Below are positions 1-11,742 of a stretch of 64,000 bases of DNA, in pieces. The stretch is taken from NCBI RefSeq assembly GCF_006345805.1, contig NC_043003.1, positions 70,432,001 to 70,496,000 of the forward strand, given 5' to 3'. The notes under the pieces were generated by a model. That model saw nothing but the letters and a program-made list of their open reading frames with translations. It was not told the DNA's origin and ran no database searches. Origin of the DNA: Octopus sinensis. Its lineage: Eukaryota. The position numbers and the translations under genes are program-made. How positions within the stretch are numbered: position 1 is the stretch's first letter; each line of letters opens with the position of its first letter.

Positions 1-127
1 GACAAAAATTCCTGGCGATGTTTATTCCATCCGAATTGCACAGACAGTCTATTTCAACCCTTGCTCTCAGGAAATACAGCGCTTTTGTTCATAAAATGTA
101 TCACACACACACACACACAACGCACAT

Positions 128-345
128 TAGGTCATTAAATTGCAGCCATGCTGGGGCACCGCATTGAAAAGTTTTAGTTGAACGAATCGACCCAAATACT
201 GTTTTTTCTAAGATAGGAACTTATCCTATCGGTTTTTGTTGCCAAACCGCTAATTTACGGTAAAGTAAATACACCAACGCCGGTTGGCAAGCGGTGGTAA
301 TGGGGGTGGGGTAAATACAGACATAAAGACATACATACACACACA
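128..345 (-). mobile_element. tRNA-SINE family A, 3' half
   Basis: Matches the reverse complement of the family A 3' body (gcggccatgctggggcaccgc...tatcggt...gccaaaccgctaa) seen in 31847-32232. Confidence 0.8.
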
Positions 346-431
346 CACACACACACATCTGATACTTGTCCTCTCACCTATCTCTGTTTTCTCTCTTTTG
401 TTTTCTGTACATATGATTTATATGTACAGAA

Positions 432-630
432 AACGGAACAGCCTGCTCGTGAAATTGGCTGAGTACTCCACAGACACGTGCACCCTTAACGTAGTTCTCA
501 GGGAGATTCAGCGTGACATAGAGTGTGACAAGGGTGGCCCTTTTGAAATAATACAGGTACACCAGAAAAAGGAAGAACGAGTGAGAGAAAGTTGTGGTGA
601 AAGAATGGAGCTTTAGTGTTTTCGCTCATA
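432..630 (-). mobile_element. SINE fragment, family D body joined to a family C-like segment
   Basis: cccttaacgtagttctcagggagattcagcgtgaca is the reverse complement of the 44531-44846 body. gagagaaagttgtgg matches family C. Confidence 0.75.
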
Positions 631-1110
631 TATATATATATATATATAATATATATATATATATATAATATATATGTGTGTGTGTGTGTGTGTATATACA
701 TTTACATATACATATACATACATACATACATACATACATTACATACATACATACATATACATACATACATACATACATATATATTATATATATAATATAT
801 ATATATATATTATATATATGTGCCTATGTATGTGTGTGTTTTTGTTTATGTATGTGAATGTATTAGGCAGTACGAGCAAGAAAGATAAAGGTAAATAAAT
901 TGATAGATAGATAAGGAAAGAGAGAGAGCGAGAGAGAGAGAGAAGGAGGAGAAGCACAAAGAGAAATAATAACCAGAGTGCACCAGGTTATTCGCTGTTG
1001 GCATTCACTTTTGTTAGGCCGGGAATCGTGTCACTGTACGTAGATTGAATAGAGTTGTATCAACATATTATTGAAAGTTTAGTAGTAAAGATGGAGTCGC
1101 TGATCTAAGA

Positions 1111-1147
1111 ATATCTGAAGAAGGAATATTATTCCGAAATATCATAT
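1111..1147 (+). ncRNA. Minimal type-I hammerhead ribozyme motif (Penelope-type)
   Basis: auau-CUGAAGA-a-GGAAU(auu)AUUCC-GAAA-u-AUC-auau: intact core, 5-bp stem II, palindromic stem III, 4-bp stem I. Confidence 0.6.
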
Positions 1148-1540
1148 AAGACTATGGATGACTAAATTATTACAGGTATATGCAGCCCATTGTCTGTATT
1201 ATTGTGCATTGTTGTACCATTCAAAACTTATTATTCTTTACAAACAATACACAATGCTTCAAGCGAACTACAATACTCTCCTAAAGTTTAGTAGCTTTTA
1301 TTCTTATCATAACCAGGAAATAGTCGGAGCGGACATTTCTCAGTGTCTAGCTCAGTGATTTATGATTTTACCTTGCTTCTTCAGAAATAGTTCCAGTTAG
1401 CGTTTTTAAGCAGACTTTAAATCGGAAAGGTCATGCTGAAGTATGACCATAAACTAGATTCCATTCCACACCAATGTATTTTTTGCTACATGGTCTGCAA
1501 ATGGAGCAGCCCATGAATGTTGCAATTTATCATAAAACTT

Positions 1541-1860
1541 AAGGCGGCGAATTGGCAGAAACGTTAGCCGAGCGAAATGCTTAGCGGTATTTCGTCTGCC
1601 GCTACGTTCTGAGTTCAAATTCTACCGAGGTCGACTTTGCCTTTCATCCTTTCGGGGTCGATCAAATAAGTACCAGTTACGCACTGGGGTCGATATAATC
1701 GACTTAATCCGTTTGTCTGTCCTTGTTTGTCCTCTCTGTGTTTAGACCCTTGTGGTTAGTAAAGAAATAGGTATTTCGTCTGCCGTTACGTTCTGAGTTC
1801 AAATTCCGCCGAGGTCGACTTTGCCTTTCATCCATCCGGGGTCGATTAAATAAGTACCAG
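1541..1860 (+). mobile_element. tRNA-SINE family B (Meta-domain-like) with internal partial duplication
   Basis: Head aaggcggcga..tggcagaa and B-box gagttcaaattc. The segment gcctttcatcctttcggggtcgat..aaataagtaccag is present twice. Confidence 0.85.
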
Positions 1861-2029
1861 CTGAACGTCTGTCATGTTTTATAAAGAGTATAGATTCAAG
1901 TGCTACAGTCAACCTTCGAATTTTCTCTATTCAAAAAGTCTTTCAACTCAATATTTACACGCTTTTCTTTATAGCTTTATTTACATCGAGTTCAATCGTT
2001 AAAAGCGAATTATTACGTTGGAAAATTCT

Positions 2030-2505
2030 ACTTGTTTAAGTCATTAGATTGCGGCCATGCTGGGGCATCACCTGAAGCAATCTTTTAGTCGAATGAATCG
2101 ACCCTGCAGTACTAACTCTTTTTTAAAGCCTGGTACTTATTCTATCAGTCTCTTTTGCTGAACCGTAAATACATCAATACCGGTTGTCACACACACACAC
2201 ACACGCACACACACACACACACACACACGCGCGCGCACACACATCCTTCTCCTCCTCTTCATCATCATCACGCTGGACGAAATGCTTAGCGGCATTTCGC
2301 CCGTCGTTACATTCTGAGTTCAAATTCCATCTTTGATTTTCCTCCTTTCGGAGTCGATAAAATTACACACACGCACACATGTTATTATTACTAAAGGCTT
2401 CTTCCAGTTTTTGTCTACCAAATCCACTGCCAAGGCTTTGGTCGACCCGGGGGTATAGCATAAGGCACTTGGCCAAAGTGTTACGCTGTGGGATTGAACC
2501 CAGCT
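2030..2505 (-). mobile_element. SINE family A with nested family B fragment (~2268-2362)
   Basis: Family A tail and head flank a (CA)n tract and an acgctggacgaaatgcttagcgg segment. Confidence 0.75.
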
Positions 2506-2955
2506 AAAAAAACAAAAGAAGAAAAAAGAAAATAGATGAAAAAGCCGCTGGTCGCAGCTTTGGTGTGTTTAAAGAGAGCCGGTCTGGATAAAATAACACC
2601 ACCAACAAAGGACTTATTGATTGGTTGTGCTGTCCAGTATATGAATTTTAATGGAAAGTCTACTGTGATGGCTGCAGCAGTGAGAACAAAAGTGATTCGA
2701 AAAGTATGGATTTTATGCGATTCATTGAGTTCCGACACAGCTGTTATGAAGTAAAAAAAAACTCACTACAATCGATTTTCTTTGTATGTTCAAATTGTCG
2801 ATAAAGAAAAATAAAACAGCCACAATATTGTGGAGTCTATCATAAGTAGACATTTTATATTCTATAATACTGCTTAAGCGTTTAGAGTTCTGGCTAAGCT
2901 GTGGTTTCACTCAGGACTTCTGACAACGCTATACACTTAATAGATATATGAATAT

Positions 2956-3165
2956 AAGGCGGCGAGTTGGCAGAAGCGTTAGCACGCCAGGCAAAATGTT
3001 TCGAAGCATTTCATCTGTCTTTACGTTACGAGTTCAAATTCCGCTGAAATCGACTTTCATCTTTTCGGCGTCGATAAAATAAAGTATCAGTCAAGTACTG
3101 GAATCAATGTAAGCAATTTATTCCACCCATAAAATTGCTGGCCTTGTGCCAAAATATGAAGCCAA
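2956..3165 (+). mobile_element. SINE family B
   Basis: aaggcggcgagttggcagaagcgttagc head plus Meta-like core. Confidence 0.8.
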
Positions 3166-3349
3166 TGTGTGTGTGTATTTTCTTTAATACTTTACCGTTT
3201 ACTTATTCTAGTCATTGAACTGCGACCGTGCTGGTGCACCGCTCGGGAGGGCTCACAAGTACCCCTCAACCCACAAAAAGTACCCCTCACAAGTACCCTT
3301 CTACCCACAAAAAATGAAGCAAAACATTAAAAAGAGCCAATTAGATATT

Positions 3350-3760
3350 AGTAAATGTCTATAAAAGAGGTAGGGTAGGGGTGACATTGATTCATGACGT
3401 TGTTACCAGTTAAAGGAGCATACACTGTGAAAATTAAGATGATACCTTGATTGAGATCTAGGAAAACATTAGGGACGACTCAGTGGGACCCCCTATGACC
3501 CCCATTGTGTTCCATGCCACTTTAAACATTGTAGGCTATTCTTCTCTTAACTTTTCTTGCTGCAATGGTGACAACATGAAATTTTCTCATCTTCTTGCTC
3601 TGTTAAAATATTTAAGAAAAATTAAATTAATATATCTTGCCTGTTGAAAATCCATATTTCTTGCAGCTGAAGATAGCGCTGCATTGATGTAATGCTTGCA
3701 TTGTTCAGTTAAATGGAGGCACTTGAAACGGCCGTACTGCAATACTACTTGACATCCTGT
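3350..3760 (+). mobile_element. Penelope-like terminal region ending in a hammerhead
   Basis: 3490-3750 is colinear with 16580-16840. 3355-3445 matches the reverse complement of 16340-16435. Hammerhead lies at the 3' end. Confidence 0.6.
3661..3742 (+). ncRNA. Type-I hammerhead ribozyme motif with long stem II
   Basis: uugcag-CUGAAGA-(long hairpin)-GAAAC-ggcc-GUA-cugcaa, with a perfect 6-bp stem I. Confidence 0.75.
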
Positions 3761-3817
3761 TACTTCATTATTTACATTATTTACATTTGACGGATATTTG
3801 TCCTCATCTTTGTTGCT

Positions 3818-3863
3818 AATACAATGTTTCGGCTAATATACCCTCCAGCCTTCATCAGGTGTC
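3818..3863 (-). ncRNA. Minimal hammerhead motif in SINE tail
   Basis: gacac-CUGAUGA-a-GGCUG(gaggguauau)UAGCC-GAAAC-auu-guauu. Confidence 0.65.
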
Positions 3864-3910
3864 CTGGGGAAATTTCGAACCTGGGTTCTCATTCCTAAGG
3901 CATTTTGCGA

Positions 3911-3989
<79 letters not shown>

Positions 3990-4112
3990 TCACTGCCTAG
4001 AATCGAACTCGGAATTTTGGGGTTAGTAACCCGGGCTCTTAACAACTACACCATATGCCTGAATAATAATAATAATAATCATAATAATAATAACAACAAC
4101 AACAACAACATC

Positions 4113-4187
<75 letters not shown>

Positions 4188-4271
4188 AAGAAGAAGAATG
4201 ATAATAATAATGATAATGATAACATCGAAAAATACCTTAGGAATGAGAACCCAGGTTCGAAATTTCCTCAA

Positions 4272-4317
4272 GACACCTGATGAAAGCTGGAGTGTATACC
4301 AGCCGAAGCGTTGTGTT
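4272..4317 (+). ncRNA. Minimal hammerhead motif in inverted tail copy (GAAA changed to GAAG)
   Basis: gacac-CUGAUGA-aa-GCUGG(aguguaua)CCAGC-c-GAAGC-GUU-guguu. Confidence 0.6.
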
Positions 4318-4434
4318 AACAACAAACAAGATGAGGACAAATATCCGTCAAATGTAAATAACGTAAATAATGTAAATAATTCCTCATCTCTTAAATCTAG
4401 AACTGTATTATAGTGTTACTTATTTTGATTTTAT

Positions 4435-4487
<53 letters not shown>

Positions 4488-5383
4488 TGCATACATACGT
4501 ACATACATTCATCCATACATATGTATGTATGTCGAAGATTTATAATAATTAAAAAATAGAAGAGACATACTAATAAGTTTATGTTTGTCTCTGTGTAAAG
4601 CTATGTAAAAATATCCCAGACAGAATTCATGTAATTTTACGGAACATAAGGTTTCAAAAAATGTCTGCGGAATCGATTTGCTTGAGAGATGTTCATAGAA
4701 ATAATCCATCGAATCTATTAAACATAATGGTTGGCCTTTCGCAAAAAAGGTTGAAGTCGTCTTTTGAGGAATGATCTCGGTAATTTTTCGATATATTTCC
4801 TGAAATATTCATTGAAAAGATTCATCATGGGGAAATAATTCAGTTTAAAAATACTTAGCAAATGAAGTCGTTCTTTAAAGAATGACATTTAGAAGTCCTA
4901 ATGATAGCATCAACTCTTTTTTATGCCATAGGTGAACTGATATAATATAATATGGCATGATATAATATGATGTAGCATCCAAGTGCGGTGGAGAGCAAGC
5001 GGTGTCGGTAGAATGGTGGATGAAATACTTTGAAGTTTTCGGTTCCGTCTGTTTTACCATTCCAACTCAAAATCCCGCCGGGGCCGATTTTGCTTTTCAT
5101 CGTTCTCTGGGTTGATGAGATAAACGGGCAGTCATGGAGATATTCGTATCGAGTTATTTAATTGCGTCTTTCAACGAAATATGTTTTCTTCAACGAATCT
5201 TAGAAAGTTGTGATTAGGATTGTATACAGAATCTGGGCAAAATAAGGTTGTTGTTGGTGTTGGTGGTGGTGGTGCTGCTGCTGGAAAAAATTGAATATTG
5301 ATTCATTTTACCGCACTATTTCTCTAAAAAATGTGTCTTGTGTCAATATTAAAAAAATCACCATTATCATCATCATCATCATC

Positions 5384-5417
<34 letters not shown>

Positions 5418-5442
5418 TATTATTATTATTATTATTATTACT

Positions 5443-5638
5443 AAGGCGGCGAGCTGGCAGAATCGTTAGCACGCTGGACGAAATGCTTAGCGGCATTTCG
5501 CCCGTCATTATGTTCTGAGTTCAAATTCCACCTTTGCCTTCTATCCTTTCGGAATCGATAAAATTAGTACCAGTTACGCACTGGAGTCGATGTAATCAAC
5601 TTAATCCCTTCCCCCAAATTTTAGGCCTCGTGCTTCCA

Positions 5639-5640
<2 letters not shown>
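5443..5640 (+). mobile_element. SINE family B between (ATT)n tracts
   Basis: aaggcggcgagctggcagaatcgttagc head plus Meta-like core. Confidence 0.85.
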
Positions 5641-5686
<46 letters not shown>

Positions 5687-5689
5687 GGC

Positions 5690-6338
5690 ATTATTATGTG
5701 ATGAAAACACACAGCTTATTTTGCTGGGTATTGTGGAAAGTGTCAGCTGTCCACAGCCAGCAGACTAAGGTGACACTTGTTTACTAGTCATGCTTCAAGT
5801 ACCCTGCGAAGAATTCTTGCAGTTCCAAGCAATACTGATTTTTGTAGCTATTTTACCTTCACACTTACATCGACCTTTTCCAGCCATGCTGGTAGTTGTC
5901 TATTGATACTTCCAAGTATGTAAATTACTATTGATATCATGTCTACTCTCTTCATTGACCACAACCTTCGTATTTCCCACTTCAAATTGTCGTAGTTGTT
6001 TATCTTTTCTTCTTCTTTCACATTGAACATGTTGTCCCCAGGGCATGCTATGTCGATTATCATACATGTTCTTCCTTTTTTCTTTAGCACAACAATGTAC
6101 CGGTTTCCGATGTCTGATCGGGTGATCGCTCTGGACCATTGTATCCCACAGGATTTTGCAATTCTCACTTACGGTCACCACTGGAGTTTTCTTATATCAC
6201 CTCTTTGCTCTTTGTAGGCCGTGATTTCCACAGAGTTCCCAACGGATCATTTTTGCCACATTGTCATGGCGTCGTTTGTATTCGCGTTGTGCTAATTTCG
6301 GACATTCGCTAACGATGTGCCATACCATTTCACTCCTC
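5690..6338 (-). mobile_element. R4/Dong-clade non-LTR retrotransposon 3' fragment (zinc knuckle remnant plus restriction-like endonuclease), decayed
   Basis: Translations include HIVSECP..YKRRHDNVAK, KILWD, IIDIACPGD..EEEKINNY and LQKSVLLGTARILRRVL. The 3' end runs into (AAT)n on the element strand. Confidence 0.85.
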
Positions 6339-6559
6339 TTAATATTGAAAAGAGAATCAAATCAATTCTATGGTTCGGGTCCCGCTTAACAACTTGTTGA
6401 AGCAAACTGATTAAACAAGTTATGTGAACATGGAAGTCTTACTCAACAGAAAGTTTAAAATATATTTTGTACGCATACACACAGACATACATACAAGCAT
6501 ACACACTCATTTATATGTATATATACATATATACCCTATAATATATATATATATATTAT

Positions 6560-6611
<52 letters not shown>

Positions 6612-6999
6612 CCCTATAATATATTAATGCTCACGAGATAGATTTTCGATGAAACAATTGTAAATCAAAGGAATAAAGGGACTTATGCACTCCATTCTCT
6701 TTGGTTACAATTACAGAAGCGAAGCAGATTTTTGTGGATTTTCTGACATGTGTTTGCCATAACAAATTATCTCCGGATTACCATCTGTCTGATACCCGAC
6801 ATCCGTGTGTGTGCTTTACAGGGTTAACACCCATATATGTATATATAATCAATTCAAATAAGCAATCGATTCAAAATAAACGAATATTAATATTAACGGA
6901 CTATGAAAAGATCTGCAAAAGGAATATATTAGCTTGAAAAGAGGGAGTTTGACGTTTAGAGCATAGCTCTTTAAGAAGGAAAAGAAATCGCCAACAGCA

Positions 7000-7212
7000 C
7001 GTGTGCGTGTGTGTGTGTCTGTGTGTGCGTGTGTATGGGTGCGTGTGTGCGTGCGTGTGCGTGTGAGTGTGAGTGCATGTGCATGTGTGTGCGCGTGTGT
7101 GTGCATGTGTGTGTACGCGTGCGTGTATGTGCTCGTGTGTGCGTGCGTGTTTGCGTGCGTTCGCGTGTATGCGTGTGCATGCGTGTGTGTGTGTGAGTGT
7201 GTGTGTGTGTGT
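7000..7212. repeat. Degenerate (GT)n/(GTGC)n microsatellite
   Basis: Visible low-complexity tract that gives the spurious HT/CV ORFs. Confidence 0.9.
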
Positions 7213-7458
7213 ACAATTCTATGTAGCGTATGATGTTGGCATAGCTTGAAACGTGAAAAGTGTTTGGCTGCAGCAACTGTCTCAGGAGAGTAATTCTCCT
7301 TATGAATAGTGTGTGAGAAAAACACACCACTGGGGCATCGATGACGTCAGTGGATCATAGAAACACGTGTCTCACCATATTTAATTGAAAATAATTATAT
7401 TATCGTAATTGCAACAACTACCTCTTCATTTATACAAGTTTGCAACTTAGCCTCTACA

Positions 7459-7607
7459 TGTGTGGTAAGTAGCTTGCTTACCAACCACATGGTTCCGGGT
7501 TCAGTCCCACTGCGTGGCATCTTGGGCATGTTTCTTCTGCTATAGCCTCGGGCCGACCAATGCCTTGTGAGTGGATTTCATAGACGGAAACTGAAAGAAG
7601 CCCGTCG

Positions 7608-7675
<68 letters not shown>

Positions 7676-7676
7676 C

Positions 7677-7711
<35 letters not shown>

Positions 7712-7948
7712 GAGAGAGAGAGAAAGAGAGAGAGATGACTGTATTTGTGTGTGTTCTCTCTATCTCTTGACAGTTTTGGTTTCTTTGCGTTCCCTTAACG
7801 TAGCGGTTCGGCATAAGAGAAACCGATAGACTAAGTACTAGATCTAAAGGAAAAATAATCACTAGGGTTGATTTGTTCGCTTAAAACCTCTAATGTAGTG
7901 TCTCAGCAGCATGGCTGCCATCCAATGACTCGAGCAAGATAAAGGTAA
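7459..7948 (+). mobile_element. SINE family A with expanded internal (CA)n(TA)n(GA)n
   Basis: tgtgtggtaagtagcttgcttaccaaccacatggttccgggttcagtccc head, internal microsatellite, then the family A tail. Confidence 0.85.
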
Positions 7949-8934
7949 AAAATAAATCATATATATTTTCAGATTTATGTACCACAAAATTGAGTAGGAA
8001 TCGATACATATCAATTAGTTAATTATGATTTGGTTATGTGAGAGAAGATAGTTTGCAATATTTCAATCCCTAAACGTACACATATTTAAGAAAGAAAATC
8101 TGAAAGACGTTAAAATTTAGAGTGAGAAGAATTCTTGATTTCAACCATAATAGCATAAAATATATTCTTGGTAATGTTGTTAGTAATGGAGCTGATAAAA
8201 GTTTGTGGAAGAAACAACGGTGTGAAAATCACTGCCTGGGGGTATTTTTTGAGGACTTGAATTGATTAACCTCATAATATTAGTTTTGCGGTCAGAGAAA
8301 ATTGCATTTGAAGAAATATTATTTAAGAACTTAATATTCAAATCACTTCAGCTGTGATAAGCTCCAGTTCCACTTCATCAAAAGGAGTGAATGAAGTGAT
8401 AAAGAAGTTAAAGGGAGAGAGTTACCTAAGAGTATAAGAAGTTAAAGGGAGAGAGTGGGGGAGGCAGAGAGGGAGATAGAGAAGTGAGGGAGGGATAGAA
8501 AGACAGAGAAAGAGAGAGAGGACGGACTGACAGAGCTAGGGACAGAGAGAGGGCGTACTGAGGGAAAAATAAGGTGAACAGAAAGAGAAGGAGGTCGAAG
8601 TGGTCAGAGATAGAGGCAGAAACAGAGAGAAAAGAAAGAGGGATAGTAAGAGAGAGTGAGGGGGGAATCGAAGTGCACAGGGAGAGAGAGAGAGAGAAAG
8701 AGGCGGGGAGATTTTCACGTGCTTAGACTGGATTTGATCACGCGACAGGCCGATGTAACAAGATGTTTTTTCAAAATGGTGTCAGTCACCTGTGAAAGCG
8801 CGCGCGCGTATGTGTGTATGTTTAACTAAATCTATGTATGTGTTTGTAATCTCGTATAAGTAATTAATTCTAAAAAATTAACCGCAATATTTAATTTCAT
8901 TATATCTACATACATTTTCGTGTATGTATATGTG

Positions 8935-9253
8935 TAAATATACAAACATACATAATACGTATATACATACATACATACATATATGCATACATACATACAT
9001 ACATGCATGCATGCATACATACATACATGCATACATACATACATACACACATACATCGTGCATGCATATATATACATACATGCTTGGGTATTTATGCCTC
9101 ACTGGTTGCGAATGCATACGTTCTCTTACGTGGGTGTTTATATCGTGTCATATCTGCATGCATGCGTGTGTATATTTATGTATATGCATGTATGTATGTA
9201 TGTATGTATGTATGTATGTATGTATGTATGTATGTATGTATATATATAATATA

Positions 9254-9300
<47 letters not shown>

Positions 9301-9369
9301 ATACACATACATACATACCTGTCAACTTACCTACCTACCTACCTACCTACTTCCATATCTATCTGTCTG

Positions 9370-9446
<77 letters not shown>
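8935..9446. repeat. Compound (TACA)n/(TATG)n/(TA)n/(TCTA)n microsatellite block
   Basis: Directly visible. Confidence 0.9.
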
Positions 9447-9590
9447 GTAAATTGGTGAAGGAAGAATGAAAGAGAATTAGTCAACTGTTGTCTGCGACTG
9501 AACTACTCACAACACCGAGGTACGTCGGGTCTGAAGCGCCTTAATCGAGGAGAGTTGCGATGCAGAGAGTAGCATAGAATGGGGTTTCTA

Positions 9591-9637
9591 TGAGTCATTC
9601 TCCCATATATGGCCCGGTTCCCTAAGAGTATAAGAAG
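9591..9637 (+). promoter_or_regulatory. Candidate cis-regulatory cluster: AP-1 site, CArG box, TATA-like motif
   Basis: TGAGTCA 9591-9597, CCATATATGG 9603-9612, TATAAG ~9630. Motif matches only. Confidence 0.25.
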
Positions 9638-11407
9638 TTAAAGGGCCGAAACACTTGCATGGTGGTGGTGGGGGCTTCTTCTCGAAAGACCCTTTGCTGC
9701 TCAGAACCCTCCGTCGAGTGTCATGTTATTTACATGTATATTCCCCATTGAGATGTATATATATTCGTTTACTCCAAAATCTCGCACGATCTCACGTGAT
9801 TTTATTGTGTTTTTGTTTTTACCAAAGCTGCAGACGAACACCAATGTCCCATGTAGCAAACTTGAACAATTGCTGAGAGATATCAGCTCTTTAAGTCCAG
9901 TCACTGAAACAAGTGAAAGACAAAGAAATACTTTCCTTCTTATACTCTTTTTTCTTTATTTGCCCCCCTCCTTCTTCATCCCTGTTTCTTCGTTTCCTCC
10001 ATCTGTGTGCACATTTCCAGGTACACACAAAATTAGACACGCTCAATAAAAAAAAAGTTTGCTTATTACTGGAGAGAATCGTTGGTGTTTACAAATATTT
10101 CAGTTTTATTTTAGAGCAGAAGATGGATAATGTTAATTACTGACTGTACCGTCTCAAGTTGGAAGAAGCTAAATCTATTCAATGACTTGTCTCGTTGACG
10201 AGAACTACCTTAGCCTGATTAAGAAAAAAGACATGAGGTATATGTGCTTCAGGAGACAACGGCTTTCACCGAAGACGCCATATAACTAACTAACGCCTAA
10301 AATGAGAGACGTGGCAACGATACATTCTAGAAACTGAGTCAGTCATTTAAGGGTCTAAATTGAACCACCAGATTTGATCAATTCACAGGTTCTCCGCATT
10401 TTACGTATTTCGAACAATTCTCAGTTCATAATTGATGAGCCTTCTTTTGCTAGATTCTTTGTTTTAAAATTTTTCTTTGCCAAGATTTACCGCCAGTTTT
10501 CAACTACGATATTCAATGAGGAAGCTATACATGAATATAAAGCTGTGCTGATGTATGACTTAAAAAAATTGAAGAGAAGACAAAATAAATACCACATAAT
10601 TTGTATTAACAGTTCGTGTATTCTCTTCAAGATTTACCTTGTACCTAAAATATCTTAGCATTGACCGTCAGATGGTGTATTTAAAATGTCACTGGAAGAA
10701 TCCTGGCCATAGAAAACATTTTTTCAGCCTATTCATTAAGATTTCTTTCCCCCATAAATAACAATGACAATGTCTGCATCAACCAATTGGGGTCTCTAAG
10801 CAGTAGCTCGATCTGTTGGAAATAACAGCCAACGTCTTGGAACTCACACTTTACTGTCTTAAAACGCCATATCTTGTCTTAGCTACATAACCATAGAGCT
10901 TGGCCATGAAATGAATGTTTTATAAGAGGTTTACTCTGATTTAGACTTAAAGAACAATAACCCAGTAAAGGCAAGTCTGTGCACTTCATGAATAAAGGCG
11001 CGTGGCCTAGTATTTAGGGGCTGCACTTATGTTTGAAAGATCATGGTTTCGATCCTCAGTTTTGTTTTTGAGTAAAACACTCCATTTCACATGGCCTAAG
11101 TTGACCCAGTTTTAAATGAGTAACTCTGAAATGGTTTAGAGTCTTGTTCTGGTTGAATGTTTTGATCTCGGTCATATTCACGATGGGAACTGGTCAACCG
11201 GCCGGCCCTACTTGTCCTAGGACTCAAGACACTAATGACTAGGGGGTTAATGATGATGATGATGATGACGATGTCGTGGTCTTCATGTATTCGTAACTTT
11301 ATTTTCAATTCGAAGACGAAAGCATAACACGCTACTCAGGATAACACCACGGTGTAGGATTCTACTTGAAAGTATTTTTTTTCAACGTCAGTCGGGAAAA
11401 CGTTTAC

Positions 11408-11522
11408 CGTTCGTTATCAATCAACAAATATCGAGGCTGGGAATCAGCTGCCTCACTCTCACCAATCTCACCAATATGGAGGACAACCTCAGAACTCATT
11501 GGCACTATCCCGTCCCCAACCA
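11408..11522 (-). CDS. Candidate isolated internal coding exon, product unknown
   Basis: Pyrimidine-rich acceptor ctttttcttattattttgtcag, 115 nt with a single open frame (VGDGIVPMSSEVVLHIGEIGESEAADSQPRYLLIDNE), donor gtaaac. Confidence 0.3.
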
Positions 11523-11742
11523 CTGACAAAATAATAAGAAAAAGATGCCTTGTTTCATGAAAGTATTCCTTTATATATTTAAGATTAAATGAAATTTCAA
11601 ATGTTAGGCCCGTCCATCGCATCTTATAAGTAGCATGAGAATCGAACTCTCGATCCATCTTATTGGTGATCGTGATATTACTATTTGTATTATATTCATA
11701 TTACTGTTTATTTTTTCGGCATATTTATCCTCTTTATCTCAT

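Larger units (their letters stand above)
3765..4405 (-). mobile_element. tRNA-headed, hammerhead-tailed SINE-like element with upstream inverted tail copy
   Basis: Minus strand: tRNA-like head 4061-3984, (AAT)n, tail 3912-3765. A plus-strand copy of the same tail lies at 4221-4405. Confidence 0.75.

Noticed and set aside
2536-2754. 72-aa ORF MKKPLVAALV...
   Set aside because: No recognisable domain or convincing splice signals
3984-4061. tRNA gene
   Set aside because: A and B boxes are present, but there is no acceptor stem and it is embedded in a repeat, so it is a SINE head. The same applies to the other SINE heads
9605-9660. ggccc...gggcc-GAAAC as hammerhead stem II
   Set aside because: No CUGANGA before the stem
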